A stretch of DNA of 64,000 nt from Candidatus Oleimmundimicrobium sp. Lineage in GTDB: Bacteria; Actinomycetota; Aquicultoria; UBA3085; Oleimmundimicrobiaceae. The DNA lies in NCBI RefSeq assembly GCF_030651595.1, contig NZ_JAUSCH010000004.1:74026-138025 (forward strand), given 5' to 3'. The notes below the pieces were generated by a model that was given only the letters and a program-made list of their open reading frames with translations, searched no databases and had not been told where the DNA came from. A program made the translations under genes and the position numbers. This document shows positions 28,884 through 39,466 of the stretch, one piece after another (the first letter of the stretch is position 1; every line of letters begins with the position of its first letter).

Positions 28884-29516
28884 GTGGTATTGGTGAATAA
28901 CAAAAAATCTCTTACTAAAAGACAACAGCAAATACTTGATTTTATTTTGGCCGAAATCCATAAAAAAGGATATCCCCCATCTGTACGTGATATTGGCAAA
29001 GCTGTTGGTCTTTCATCAACCTCAACCGTTCACAGTCATCTCTCATCGTTAGAAAAAAAGGGATATTTACGTCGAGATCCAGCTAAACCAAGAGCTATCG
29101 AAGTTCTTGGTTTTAGAGAAGCGGAAATCGGGCTTCCCCCAAGTAAAATTAGAAGTGTTCCGGTTGTTGGTCGAATTGCGGCGGGCACACCGCTTTTAGC
29201 CGAAGAAAATATCGAAGATACCTTTCCTCTTCCTGCTGATATGGTTAAAGACAATGCATTCATCTTAAAAACAAAAGGCGATAGCATGGTTGGTGCTGGA
29301 ATATTTGAAAATGATTATCTGGTTGTAAGACAACAATCTACCGCGCAAAATGGTGATATAGTCGTTGCCTTGCTTGGAGAAGAAGCAACTGTCAAAAGAT
29401 TTTACAAAGAGAAGGACAGGATAAGACTTCAACCTGAAAATCCGGCTATGGAACCGATATTCAGCCAAGATGTAATTATTCTAGGTAAAGTAACTGCTCT
29501 GTTGCGACTTCTTTAA
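28884..29516 (+). CDS. lexA: SOS repressor LexA
   Basis: GYPPSVR, IAAG cleavage site, GDSM, ATVKR. Confidence 0.98.
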   Translation: MVLVNNKKSLTKRQQQILDFILAEIHKKGYPPSVRDIGKAVGLSSTSTVHSHLSSLEKKGYLRRDPAKPRAIEVLGFREAEIGLPPSKIRSVPVVGRIAAGTPLLAEENIEDTFPLPADMVKDNAFILKTKGDSMVGAGIFENDYLVVRQQSTAQNGDIVVALLGEEATVKRFYKEKDRIRLQPENPAMEPIFSQDVIILGKVTALLRLL

Positions 29517-30811
29517 ATTATTTGTTCGATGTTTTTATTTTCCCTTAAAAATTTTTTAAATCCGAGTAGGTAAATTTCTGGAATTTCAATCACTAAAATA
29601 TTCCCGTCTGAAAATTTTTTCTTTGAAATGACCCTTCCTAATTGATATACCTTTTGAAAAATTTTGTTTTCATTGTAGGGTATTTTTAAAGTAATCTTCA
29701 CAGCATTTTGAGTTATAATTTCGTCAATTTTCTTAAGTAAAATTTCAATATTTAAATTTTTAAGTGCGGAAATATACAGCGCATCGGGAAATTTTCTTTT
29801 TATCCTTTTTAGTAATCTTTCGTTAATAGCATCTATTTTATTAAAAACATTTATTTGTGGTTTTCCGGTTGCCCCTATATCACTTAAAATATTTTCAACT
29901 GCCGCTATCTGTTCTTCCATCATCGGAGAACTTAAATTTATTACATGCAAGATTAAATCTGTTTCCCTAATTTCATCTAAAGTTGATTTAAATGAAGCTA
30001 TTAATTGATTGGGAAGATTGCTGATAAACCCAACCGTATCCGAGATAACTACTTTCTGTTTGCTTGGAAGAATAAGTTTTCGTGAAGTAGAATCCAAGGT
30101 GGCAAACAATCTATCTTTAACAAGGACGTCAGCACTGGTTAAAACATTTAAAAGAGTTGATTTGCCCGCGTTGGTGTAACCGACAATTGATATAAGAAAA
30201 ATTTGATTTTTCTTGCGTTGTTTCCTTTGCAAAGAACGTCTTTTGTCGAGTTCTTCAAGTTCCTTTTTTAAGTGTTGGATTCTTTGGTTAATCTTTCTTC
30301 TATCAACTTCAAGTTTTGTTTCGCCTGGGCCGCGTGTTCCGATTCCCCCACCCAACCTTGAAAGTTCCATGCCTTTTCCTTTTAATCTAGGTAATCTATA
30401 GTTTAATTGAGCCAGTTCTACTTGAAGTTTTCCTTCGTTGGAGTGAGCGTGTCGAGCAAAAATATCTAAAATAAGAGCAGTTCGATCGATAATTTTTAAG
30501 TTAATTATTTCTTCTAAATTACCCTGCTGGGAAGGCGTTAGGTTATTATTAAAAATAATAGAAGTTGCTCCCAGCTTTTTAGACAGATTTGCTATTTCTT
30601 TTGCTTTTCCAATACCGATATAGGTTTTTGGATGGGGTTTTTCGCGTTGTTGAATTAACTTCCCCACAACTTTTGCTCTCGCGGTTGCCGAAAGTTGTTC
30701 TAACTCCCGAATAGAATCCTCAATTTCCCAAATTTTTTGACTTGGTTGCTGAAGCGTAACTAAAATAACTTTTTCTTTTAGGGTTTGCTGTGCTCCGTTA
30801 AACGATTTCAT
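29513..30811 (-). CDS. hflX: GTPase HflX
   Basis: [33 protein letters not shown]. Confidence 0.97.
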   Translation of the reverse strand: MKSFNGAQQTLKEKVILVTLQQPSQKIWEIEDSIRELEQLSATARAKVVGKLIQQREKPHPKTYIGIGKAKEIANLSKKLGATSIIFNNNLTPSQQGNLEEIINLKIIDRTALILDIFARHAHSNEGKLQVELAQLNYRLPRLKGKGMELSRLGGGIGTRGPGETKLEVDRRKINQRIQHLKKELEELDKRRSLQRKQRKKNQIFLISIVGYTNAGKSTLLNVLTSADVLVKDRLFATLDSTSRKLILPSKQKVVISDTVGFISNLPNQLIASFKSTLDEIRETDLILHVINLSSPMMEEQIAAVENILSDIGATGKPQINVFNKIDAINERLLKRIKRKFPDALYISALKNLNIEILLKKIDEIITQNAVKITLKIPYNENKIFQKVYQLGRVISKKKFSDGNILVIEIPEIYLLGFKKFLRENKNIEQII

Positions 30812-30829
30812 AACACCTTATTAAATTAA

Positions 30830-31987
30830 TTATAATGAGTTCTCGATGCGTTTTAATGCTTCGATTAATCGATCATCCTTAACACTCAAAGAAATCCTTA
30901 CATAGCCCTCGCCCGAGGGTCCGTAAGCATTCCCGGGGGAAATAACCACTCCAGCACTTTCCAAGATGTGGGTCGCGAAACTTGCAGAAGTATATTTATC
31001 CGGAACTCTGACCCAAACATATATAGTTGCTTTGGGAACTGTAAACCCTAAATTCATCTTTCTTAAAGCTTCAACCACCATATTGCGGCGCTTTGCATAT
31101 AAAGAACATATCTGTTTAACACAATCCTGAGAACCTTCGAGGGCCGCTATTCCAGCATATTGAATGGCGTTAAAAATACCTGAGTCAACATTGGTCTTAA
31201 CTCTTCCCAATGCTTCAATGCCCATTTTATTCCCAATAGCAAAGCCAATTCTCCAACCTGTCATATTGTAAGTTTTTGACAACGACTGAAATTCAATTCC
31301 AACATTTTTTGCCCCTGGAACCTCTAAAAAGCTTGACGGAACATATCCATCATAAGCAATTTCAGAATAAGCATTGTCGTGACAGACTAATATGTCGTAT
31401 TTTTTTGCAAAAGCAACAACTTCCTCAAAAAATTCAAGCGACGCTGTCGCTGAAGTTGGATTATTTGGGTAATTTATAAACATTATCTTTGCCCTTCTTG
31501 CAACTTCCTTATTAATTTTTGTTAAATCAGGCAGATAATTATTTTTAGAAAGAAGGGGCATGTAGTAAGGCTTTCCGCCTGCTAAAATTGTCCCTACTTT
31601 ATAAACAGGATAACCTGGATCTGGAATTAACGCTATGTCTCCGGGATCTATAAATGCTAAAAATATATGCGCTATCCCCTCTTTTGAGCCAATTAAGGGT
31701 AAAATTTCCGAATCGGCCTCAAAGTTCAAGTTGAACCTGTTTTTACAAAAATTGGCAATTGCTTCTCTAAATCCAGGCATTCCGAAATATGATGGATACC
31801 TATGATTTTCAGGGTTACGCGCTTGCTCACAGAGCATATCTATTATATGAGAAGGTGTTGGCTCAACAGGGTCACCAATACCCAAACTAATCACATCAAC
31901 TCCTTCAGCCCTTTTTTGAGCTATTTTTTTATCAATTTCAGCAAATAAATACGGTGGTAAATTTTTAATTCGTTGTGCTTGTTTCAA
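30830..31987 (-). CDS. dapL: LL-diaminopimelate aminotransferase
   Basis: [38 protein letters not shown]; follows dapF. Confidence 0.88.
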   Translation of the reverse strand: MKQAQRIKNLPPYLFAEIDKKIAQKRAEGVDVISLGIGDPVEPTPSHIIDMLCEQARNPENHRYPSYFGMPGFREAIANFCKNRFNLNFEADSEILPLIGSKEGIAHIFLAFIDPGDIALIPDPGYPVYKVGTILAGGKPYYMPLLSKNNYLPDLTKINKEVARRAKIMFINYPNNPTSATASLEFFEEVVAFAKKYDILVCHDNAYSEIAYDGYVPSSFLEVPGAKNVGIEFQSLSKTYNMTGWRIGFAIGNKMGIEALGRVKTNVDSGIFNAIQYAGIAALEGSQDCVKQICSLYAKRRNMVVEALRKMNLGFTVPKATIYVWVRVPDKYTSASFATHILESAGVVISPGNAYGPSGEGYVRISLSVKDDRLIEALKRIENSL

Positions 31988-32859
31988 TTACAGTCCTCCT
32001 GGTTTAAGTAAATTTTTCCGGTAAATATTTCTTTAGCGGGGCCTATCATTGAAACATCATTATTCATAATTTCTATTTCAAGATCTCCCCCTAAAAGATG
32101 GACTGAAACTCGTTTTTGAGTTAATCCGAGCTTATTAGCTGCAACTACGGTTGCACATGCCCCTGTGCCACAGGCTAAAGTTTCGCCAACTCCTCTTTCC
32201 CATACTCTTAGTTTTATTTCACTTTTGTTAACAACTTGCGCAAATTCTACGTTTGTTTTATTTGGAAATATTTTCATGTTTTCAATTTTTGGTCCAATAA
32301 TATCTATCGGAACATTAGAAACGTTCTTAACAAAAATTACACAATGGGGATTGCCCGTCGAAACACAAGTAATTTTAAGTTTTTGACTATCAACCTCAAT
32401 TTCTTCATCAATAAGCTCTTTTTTTTCAATATTTATGGGAATATCAATCGCTTTAAAAGAGAAATTCCCCATATTGACCTTGGCGCCTGCAACTTCCTTG
32501 TTGTTAAAGATTAATTGAACATCTTTTATTCCACCCGGCGTTTCTATGCTAACGGTATCTTTAGTAATCAAACATTGATCATATAAAAATTTTGCAAAAC
32601 AACGGATTCCGTTACCGCACATTTCGGCCATGGTCCCATCTGAGTTATAAAAAAGCATAAAAAACTCCGCTTTGGAACTCATCGGAGGCCTAACAAGTAT
32701 CACTCCATCCGCCCCTATTCCAAAATGCCTGTTACAAAGCCAGCGTATTTTTTCAGGATTCAGCTCAATTATTTTTTTTAAATCGCTAATTAATATAAAA
32801 TCATTGCCTGCTCCTTGTGATTTTATAAATTCCAAAACTTTATTCACTTTTCCTCCCAA
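31984..32859 (-). CDS. dapF: Diaminopimelate epimerase
   Basis: [32 protein letters not shown]. Confidence 0.98.
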   Translation of the reverse strand: MGGKVNKVLEFIKSQGAGNDFILISDLKKIIELNPEKIRWLCNRHFGIGADGVILVRPPMSSKAEFFMLFYNSDGTMAEMCGNGIRCFAKFLYDQCLITKDTVSIETPGGIKDVQLIFNNKEVAGAKVNMGNFSFKAIDIPINIEKKELIDEEIEVDSQKLKITCVSTGNPHCVIFVKNVSNVPIDIIGPKIENMKIFPNKTNVEFAQVVNKSEIKLRVWERGVGETLACGTGACATVVAANKLGLTQKRVSVHLLGGDLEIEIMNNDVSMIGPAKEIFTGKIYLNQEDCN

Positions 32860-33796
32860 AATCTAAATTATCTATAATTTCGTTCACAATCAACGATTGT
32901 TCCTTCCCGTCAGTATCTATCCACTTTATTCTTTTATCGCGTTTAAACCAGGTAAGTTGCCTTTTTGCAAAATTCTTTGTTCTTTGTTTAATTAATTCTT
33001 TAGCTTCGTCTAAGACAATTTGACCATTTAAATAACGGATTATTTCCTTGTATCCAAGCGCTTGAAGAGCTGTTGTGGATTTTAATTTACCAGACGAAAC
33101 TAATTTTTCGACCTCTTCAACCAGTCCGTTTTTGAACATTTGTTCAACTCGTTTATCTATCTTAGCATAAAGTTTTTCACGATTTAAATTTAGTCCAAAA
33201 ATTTTTACATTATAAAGCGAGCTCTCTTTTTCCCAATTTTTGTGATAGTCTGCGTATGATTTACCCGTAATGTTAACTATTTCAAGAGCGCGTATTAACC
33301 TTCTAATGTTATTTGGATGGATTTTTTTAGCTGCACTGGGATCAAGTTTTGATAATTGTTTGTGGAGAGATTTTGGGTCATCTTTAGCTTGTTTCTCTAT
33401 ATCTTGACGAAAAGTAGACTTCAGTGTTCCTTTGGGGAAACCAAGCTCATCGATTACAGCTTTTATATATAAGCCGGATCCACCAACCAGTATTGGCAGT
33501 TTGTCTCTCTGAAGGATGCTGAAAATTGCTTTACGAGCTAATTTCTGATATTCGGCCACACTAAAATTTTCAGTTGGTTCCGCAACGTCTATGAGATGGT
33601 GCTTGACTCCTTGCATCTCGTCAGAACTTAGCTTTGCCGTTCCAATAGACATTCCTTTATAAACCTGCATTGAATCGGCAGAAATAATTTCGCCATTATG
33701 CTTTTTAGCCAGTTCAATGGCAATTTTGCTTTTACCAACAGCTGTTGGGCCGACTATGACGAGAACTTTTTCCTTAATTGTTTCATCTATTTTCAC
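32840..33796 (-). CDS. miaA: tRNA dimethylallyltransferase
   Basis: GPTAVGKS, SADSMQVY, VGGSGLY, AKRQLTWF. Confidence 0.98.
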   Translation of the reverse strand: MKIDETIKEKVLVIVGPTAVGKSKIAIELAKKHNGEIISADSMQVYKGMSIGTAKLSSDEMQGVKHHLIDVAEPTENFSVAEYQKLARKAIFSILQRDKLPILVGGSGLYIKAVIDELGFPKGTLKSTFRQDIEKQAKDDPKSLHKQLSKLDPSAAKKIHPNNIRRLIRALEIVNITGKSYADYHKNWEKESSLYNVKIFGLNLNREKLYAKIDKRVEQMFKNGLVEEVEKLVSSGKLKSTTALQALGYKEIIRYLNGQIVLDEAKELIKQRTKNFAKRQLTWFKRDKRIKWIDTDGKEQSLIVNEIIDNLDFGRKSE

Positions 33797-33838
33797 GGTT
33801 CAGTGTTATACCATCTTTCAAAAATTAGATCTCTTTAA

Positions 33839-35035
33839 TTAATTGAGTGCTTCAACTAATTTATCGACAATAATTCGGGCAATTTCCCTCTTTGTCATGC
33901 AGGGTAAAGCATCCGGTTTACCTTTCTTGCCAATGATAGTGATTTCATTAACGTCTTCCCCGAAACCAATTCCTGGTTTTGAAATATCGTTTGCAATAAT
34001 TAAATCAAGATTTTTTTCTTCAAGTTTTTGTTTTGCGTTTTTTATTAAATTCTCAGTTTCTGCGGCAAAACCTATTAATATTTGTCTGTCCTTTATTTTA
34101 CCTAATTCCCCAATGATGTCCGAGTTACGTTTTAATTTTAAATTAAAAGTAGTTGCCCCGTCTTTTTTTATTTTTTTTGTAGATATTTTACATGGACTAA
34201 AATCAGCAACCGCTGCCGACATGATAACCGCATCACATTTGTCGAAGTATCTCAACACTTCGCGGTGTATATCTAAAGCGGTGTTTACCGATATTAAATT
34301 GACATTTTGAGGAATCGGTAAACACGTAGGGGTACTTATAAGTGTTGTTTTTGCCCCTCGTTTTATCAATTCATTTGCAATTGCGTACCCTGTTTTGCCG
34401 GAGGATTTATTGCCTATAAACCTAACTGGATCAATTGGTTCTCGTGTCCCACCTGCCGTAACTATGATTGAGTAATTTTCAAGATCTTTGCCTCTAGCCA
34501 ACTCAAACTTAACAGCTTCAACAATAGATTCAACTTCTGCTAATTTGCCTATCCCCTCTTCACCGCAGGCCAATTTGCCATATGCCGGTTCGATTATTCT
34601 ACAACCAAGACTTTTTAATTGATTTAAACTTTTCTGAGTCACCTCGTTTAAAAACATCTTGTTATTCATTGCTGGGGCAAAAATTATAGGTACGTTTGCG
34701 GCAAGGATTGTGGTTGAAAGAAGGTCGTCTGCCACTCCATTAGCTACTTTATTTATAATATTACCGGTTGCAGGAGCAACTAAAATAATATCGGCTTCAT
34801 CGCTAAGCGAAATGTGATATATATCTTTTTCAGAATTTTCTTTAAATAGTTCAATTGCGACCGGTTGATTTGTTATTGTTTTAAAAGTCAATGGAGTTAT
34901 AAATTTTGTGGCAGCTGAAGTCATTACTACTTTTACTGTGGCACCATCTTTAATTAATTTTCTTGCTATCTCAATTGCTTTATAAGCTGCAATACTTCCA
35001 CTTACACCGAAAATAATTGTTTTTTCTTTAAGCAT
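33839..35035 (-). CDS. coaBC: Phosphopantothenoylcysteine decarboxylase/ligase
   Basis: GSIAAYK, PAMN, LACGEEG.G, IDPVRFI.N.SSGK, GFAAET. Confidence 0.98.
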   Translation of the reverse strand: MLKEKTIIFGVSGSIAAYKAIEIARKLIKDGATVKVVMTSAATKFITPLTFKTITNQPVAIELFKENSEKDIYHISLSDEADIILVAPATGNIINKVANGVADDLLSTTILAANVPIIFAPAMNNKMFLNEVTQKSLNQLKSLGCRIIEPAYGKLACGEEGIGKLAEVESIVEAVKFELARGKDLENYSIIVTAGGTREPIDPVRFIGNKSSGKTGYAIANELIKRGAKTTLISTPTCLPIPQNVNLISVNTALDIHREVLRYFDKCDAVIMSAAVADFSPCKISTKKIKKDGATTFNLKLKRNSDIIGELGKIKDRQILIGFAAETENLIKNAKQKLEEKNLDLIIANDISKPGIGFGEDVNEITIIGKKGKPDALPCMTKREIARIIVDKLVEALN

Positions 35036-35078
35036 TAGATTACCTTACATCCAGCTAAATATTTAAAACAAATTTTTA

Positions 35079-35324
35079 TTATTTAATTCCGTCTTTTAAA
35101 CGCTTATAAGTTACTTTTCCTTCGACAATTTCTTTGAGAGCAATATCCAAGGGTTTATATGACTTAAGTTTTTCATTAGCCGGAGCTAAAGCATCTAAGC
35201 CCATTCTGTAATCAGAGCTAAGTAATTCATTTATCTGCCTGGCTCGTTTTGCAGATAATATAACCAGCGTATATCTGCTGTCAACTTTTTCAAGTAAATC
35301 GTTGAGATTTGGACATAATAACAT
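35079..35324 (-). CDS. rpoZ: RNA polymerase omega subunit
   Basis: SRYTLV...AKRARQI, KPL.IAL.EI; follows gmk. Confidence 0.95.
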   Translation of the reverse strand: MLLCPNLNDLLEKVDSRYTLVILSAKRARQINELLSSDYRMGLDALAPANEKLKSYKPLDIALKEIVEGKVTYKRLKDGIK

Positions 35325-35344
35325 TCTTTTAATTCCTCCAAATA

Positions 35345-35929
35345 TTATAAAATTATAGTAGTTTTTTTTCTTCGTTCTTGTTCAATAATTTTTACAAGTT
35401 TTTCAGTTGTTTTTTTTAAATCTTTATTTACTATTACATAATCATATTTATTCGCAAACTTCATTTCAATTTTAGCTATATTTAAACGGTGTTTAATATC
35501 TTCTTCTCCCTCAGTTTTTCTATTGATTAATCTTTCTCTTAATTCTGCAAAGGAAGGTGGCTTTATAAAAATTAAAATCGAGTTAGGGATCTTCCTCTTG
35601 ATTTTTAATGCTCCCTGAACATCAAGCTCAAGAATTACATCATTTCCGTCTCGAAGATGATCCCTAACCGTGTCTTTAAGTGTTCCATATTTTTTAGAAT
35701 GAACAGTTGCCCACTCTAAAAACTCATCATTTTTTATTTTCTTATCGAATTCCTCTTCGGATAAGAAATAATAATTTAAATCTGGTCGCTCGCCGACCCG
35801 CTTCTTTCTAGTGGTTGATGAAACCGATAGTTCAATATCATCAAACTTTTTCATTATTTCTGAAATTAACGTTCCTTTTCCTGTACCCGAAGGACCAGAA
35901 ATTACAAATAATTTTCTATCAGCTTTCAT
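35345..35929 (-). CDS. gmk: Guanylate kinase
   Basis: SGPSGTGKGT, TTR..R.GE, YGT, ELDVQG. Confidence 0.98.
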   Translation of the reverse strand: MKADRKLFVISGPSGTGKGTLISEIMKKFDDIELSVSSTTRKKRVGERPDLNYYFLSEEEFDKKIKNDEFLEWATVHSKKYGTLKDTVRDHLRDGNDVILELDVQGALKIKRKIPNSILIFIKPPSFAELRERLINRKTEGEEDIKHRLNIAKIEMKFANKYDYVIVNKDLKKTTEKLVKIIEQERRKKTTIIL

Positions 35930-36237
35930 TAAGCAAGTTCTTTAGTTAGTTGCTCTTTTTGACGAGACCCAAGTCCAGCAATTCTCCTTGTGCTGCTAAT
36001 TTTTAATTGCTCCATAATTTTTTGGCTTCTTACTTTACCGATTCCCGGAAGTGAATTTAACAAATCTAAAACCTTCATTCTTCCAACAATAGGGTCTGAG
36101 GATTTGTTTAAAACCTCACTTAACGAAACGTTCCCTTTCTTGATTTTTGCCTTTAGCTGCGCTCTCTTTTGACGAGTTTCAACAGCTTTTTTTAATGCTG
36201 CCTTGCGATCAGCGTCAGAAAGTTGTGGTAATGCCAT
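35929..36237 (-). CDS. mihF: Actinobacterial integration host factor (H2TH)
   Basis: MALPQL...R.AAL.KA...R..RA.LK, LL.SLPGIGKV, RRI.GLG.RQ; between pyr genes and gmk. Confidence 0.94.
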   Translation of the reverse strand: MALPQLSDADRKAALKKAVETRQKRAQLKAKIKKGNVSLSEVLNKSSDPIVGRMKVLDLLNSLPGIGKVRSQKIMEQLKISSTRRIAGLGSRQKEQLTKELA

Positions 36238-36273
36238 AATGTTTCCTCCTTTAGTTTTTTAACTACCAGCGAT

Positions 36274-36302
36274 ATTATACATATAACTTTTTAAGATGGC
36301 AA
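36274..36302 (-). promoter_or_regulatory. Sigma70-type promoter for mihF-gmk-rpoZ
   Basis: TTGCCA-17-TATAAT. Confidence 0.7.
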
Positions 36303-36354
36303 CCATTAACCTGCTTAAATAAAAATTTTTTCTATTTGCATATTTGCATAAAAT

Positions 36355-36960
36355 TTATACACTATGTAATCCTCTGCTTCCCGGGCTCGATAAAGGTATC
36401 TTTTTTTTGCAAAGAGGGCATTGTTTTGGCTCGTAAGATGATGCGGAAATTTTAGCAAGCGAATGAACCGACCCTGTAAAATTTTTTTTCTCACCCCTAT
36501 CAACCAAGCATGTTATTCCCACAACTTCTGCATTAAAATCATTTACTAAATCGACAATCTCTTTAATTGAGCCACCTTTGGTAATAACATCATCAACGAT
36601 TAAAACTTTTTCGCCTTCGCGAATTCGAAAACCTCTTCTCAGAACCATCTTATCTCTTACTCTTTCTGCAAATATAAATTTTTTGTCTAAGGCTTGAGCA
36701 ACTGCAAATCCGAGAACTATACCACCCACGGCCGGCGCCGCAACAACATCAATGGGCAAATCAAAATATGGCTCACTCATAGCGATAGCAACTCGATTAG
36801 TGAATGATGGGTATTCAAGCACTTTCATACATTGTATATAGGTATCACTATGATAGCCTGACGATAATTTAAAATGGCCGGTCTTTAATGCCCCATAACT
36901 TTTTAATGCTTCTAATAATTCTTCTCTCTCAATCACCTTTTTTAACCCCCTCGATTTCAT
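36355..36960 (-). CDS. pyrE: Orotate phosphoribosyltransferase
   Basis: GHFKLSSG.HS..Y, VLIVDDVITKGGS; true start may be GTG 36936. Confidence 0.95.
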   Translation of the reverse strand: MKSRGLKKVIEREELLEALKSYGALKTGHFKLSSGYHSDTYIQCMKVLEYPSFTNRVAIAMSEPYFDLPIDVVAAPAVGGIVLGFAVAQALDKKFIFAERVRDKMVLRRGFRIREGEKVLIVDDVITKGGSIKEIVDLVNDFNAEVVGITCLVDRGEKKNFTGSVHSLAKISASSYEPKQCPLCKKKIPLSSPGSRGLHSV

Positions 36961-37654
36961 TTAATATTTTTTTGGCCTTAATTTTGGGATTTTCATCTTT
37001 AATAATCGGCCTGCCAATTACCACATAATTTGCCCCAGCAGCTATGGCCTCCGAAGGAGACATTACTCTTTTTTGATCTATTGCGGCTTCACCTTTTGGC
37101 CTTATTCCCGGAACAACAATTATTTTATCTTTCCCAATGGCCTGTCTTAAATCTAAAATTTCATTAGGCGAAGACACCACTCCGTCTAAACCGGCCTTCA
37201 TGGCCATAGTAGCAAGATTAACCACTTGCTCATTAACCTTTTTTTTAATTCCCATATCTGTTAGGTCATTATTGTCTAAACTTGTTAAAATTGTAACGCC
37301 TAAAATCGCTGGTGGGCTTATTTTTAACCTTAACGACTCTTCTTTTGTTGCTTCTGCGGCCCATTTCATCATATTAAAGCCTCCTTGGGTGTGAATTGTA
37401 AACATGCCAACACCCATCTTGACAATTTCTCTACAAGCTCCAGCAACTTGATTGGGTATATCGTGAAGCTTTAAATCCAAAAAAACATTAGCTCCTGTTT
37501 CTTTAATTGCTTTTACTACACCGGGCCCTTCCGCCAAAAAAAGCTCTAAGCCAACTTTAAATAAATCAACTTGATCTTCAAGTTGATGGCAAATTTTTAA
37601 AGCTTTGTCTTGTGATGAAACATCAAGCGCCACAATTAAAGGATTTTTTTTCAT
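36929..37654 (-). CDS. pyrF: Orotidine-5'-phosphate decarboxylase
   Basis: IVALD, FLDLKLHDIPN, PGIRP, GRPI. Confidence 0.98.
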   Translation of the reverse strand: MKKNPLIVALDVSSQDKALKICHQLEDQVDLFKVGLELFLAEGPGVVKAIKETGANVFLDLKLHDIPNQVAGACREIVKMGVGMFTIHTQGGFNMMKWAAEATKEESLRLKISPPAILGVTILTSLDNNDLTDMGIKKKVNEQVVNLATMAMKAGLDGVVSSPNEILDLRQAIGKDKIIVVPGIRPKGEAAIDQKRVMSPSEAIAAGANYVVIGRPIIKDENPKIKAKKILNEIEGVKKGD

Positions 37655-38571
37655 ACTTTCACTTGCCCCACTATATCTGATATATCACTAATATCTTTTA
37701 TTGTTAAAAATTCTTCGAGTTCTTCTATTAGTTTAATTGTAGCTTCCGGGTCTATAAAATTGGCAGTTCCAACAGCTACTGCTTTTGCTCCTGCCAGGAA
37801 GAACTCCAACGCATCATAACAATTCATTATACCGCCCATACCAATTATCGGAATATTTATTGCTTTCGATATCTTCCAGACCATCCCCACCGCAACGGGC
37901 TTTATAGCTGGCCCAGATAAGCCACCTACAATATTTGCAAGCTGCGGTTTAAATGATTGGGGATCGATAGCCATTCCTAAAATTGTATTTATTAAAGATA
38001 CGGCATCAGCTCCCGCGTCTTCAACACCCTTGGCAATTTCGTCAATATTACCAACATTGGGAGACAATTTAACAATAAGCGGAAGCTTTGTTGTCTTTCT
38101 GACTGCTGAGGTTAATTTTATAGCTGATTTGACATTTAAGCCAAAAGATAATCCGCCGGACTTTACATTTGGACATGAAACATTAAGCTCAATGCCTTTT
38201 ACCACATCTTTCTCTGAAAGTTGTTCGACAACGGCAACATATTCTTCAATCGTGTTTCCGGCTACATTAACTATTACCGGTACATTAAATTTTTTAAGAA
38301 ATTCCAAGTCTTCGGCAATAAAATTTTTGACACCTTTATTTTGAAGTCCTATTGAATTTAACATTCCACAAGGGGTTTCATAAACGCGCGGTCCAGGATT
38401 TCCCGTTTGTTTTTTAAGAGTTACCCCTTTTGTTACAATTGCGCCAAGTTTTGACAAATCAATAAAGTTTGAATATTCCAATCCACTTCCAAATGTACCA
38501 GACGCAGTCATTACTGGATTTTTCATTTTAATTCCGGCAATTTCTACCCTTAGGTTTGGTTTCAAATTCAT
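37651..38571 (-). CDS. pyrD: Dihydroorotate dehydrogenase 1B catalytic subunit
   Basis: ASGTFG, NSIGLQN, NVSCPN, GGLSGPAIKP. Confidence 0.97.
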   Translation of the reverse strand: MNLKPNLRVEIAGIKMKNPVMTASGTFGSGLEYSNFIDLSKLGAIVTKGVTLKKQTGNPGPRVYETPCGMLNSIGLQNKGVKNFIAEDLEFLKKFNVPVIVNVAGNTIEEYVAVVEQLSEKDVVKGIELNVSCPNVKSGGLSFGLNVKSAIKLTSAVRKTTKLPLIVKLSPNVGNIDEIAKGVEDAGADAVSLINTILGMAIDPQSFKPQLANIVGGLSGPAIKPVAVGMVWKISKAINIPIIGMGGIMNCYDALEFFLAGAKAVAVGTANFIDPEATIKLIEELEEFLTIKDISDISDIVGQVKV

Positions 38572-38577
38572 ACCTTT

Positions 38578-39351
38578 CTAATCCCAAATAATTTCAGAAG
38601 CATCAAAGACTGGTCCGTCGGCGCAAACCCGCTTATAACCATTTATAGTGTTACAAACACAAGAAAGACAGGCTCCTATTCCACAAGCCATCCGTTCTTC
38701 AAGAGATATAAAACAAGGTACCTTATTTTGCTTCGCAATTAAAGCAACTTGTTTCAACATTGGTTCCGGCCCGCAGGCAAAAATCGTATCAGGTTTTTTG
38801 CTCTGCTTTAAGTAATCTAAGAGCAACTCAACAGTCGTGCCCTTTAACCCAAGACTACCATCATCTGTTGAGTAATGAATTCTATCAGCAATCTTTTCTT
38901 GTAACGAAAAATCAATAACTTTTTTATAATTGGCAAAACCAATTAACATATCAAAAATGATTTCTGTCGAATAAAGTTTCTCCGCCAAAAAAGTCAGGGG
39001 AGCAATTCCTATTCCACCCGATACAAGGAGCACTTTTTTGCAATTATTGGAAAGTTTAAATCCATTGCCAAGAGGGCCAATTATATCTAAATAACTATTA
39101 ACTTCAGCTTCAGCAAGCGACTCGGTCCCCTTGCCAACAACTTGAAAAAGAATTTCAAAAGTCTCCTTGCTTGCTTGTCTGTACACGCTGAAAGGCCTTC
39201 GTAAAATAAAACTCTTTCCTTTTCCGCATTCAACATGCACAAATTGACCCGGGATTGCACTCGATGCAATTTCCGGGCACAAAAGCGACAACTTAAAAAT
39301 ACTCGGCGCTACCTGTTCTTTATTTAAAATTTTAGCTTTCACATGAGCCAT
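38578..39351 (-). CDS. pyrK: Dihydroorotate dehydrogenase electron transfer subunit
   Basis: LRRPFS, GPLGNGF, GGIGIAP, MACGIGAC.SC...C.DGPVF. Confidence 0.96.
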   Translation of the reverse strand: MAHVKAKILNKEQVAPSIFKLSLLCPEIASSAIPGQFVHVECGKGKSFILRRPFSVYRQASKETFEILFQVVGKGTESLAEAEVNSYLDIIGPLGNGFKLSNNCKKVLLVSGGIGIAPLTFLAEKLYSTEIIFDMLIGFANYKKVIDFSLQEKIADRIHYSTDDGSLGLKGTTVELLLDYLKQSKKPDTIFACGPEPMLKQVALIAKQNKVPCFISLEERMACGIGACLSCVCNTINGYKRVCADGPVFDASEIIWD

Positions 39352-39434
39352 CAATTAACACCAGCGTTATAATAATTTTGAATTTCCTTAGCGTCAACCT
39401 ATCCATCTTTTCTAAGCTGCAAAATAGCTTCTTT
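39351..39434 (-). pseudogene. Possible 3' remnant of carB
   Basis: Translates KEAILQLRKDG*VDAKEIQNYYNAGVN*, with TGA overlapping the pyrK ATG, at the position carB normally occupies. Confidence 0.4.
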
Positions 39435-39466
39435 TTTACGTTTACTTATCTGGGTCTTCGTTAATT

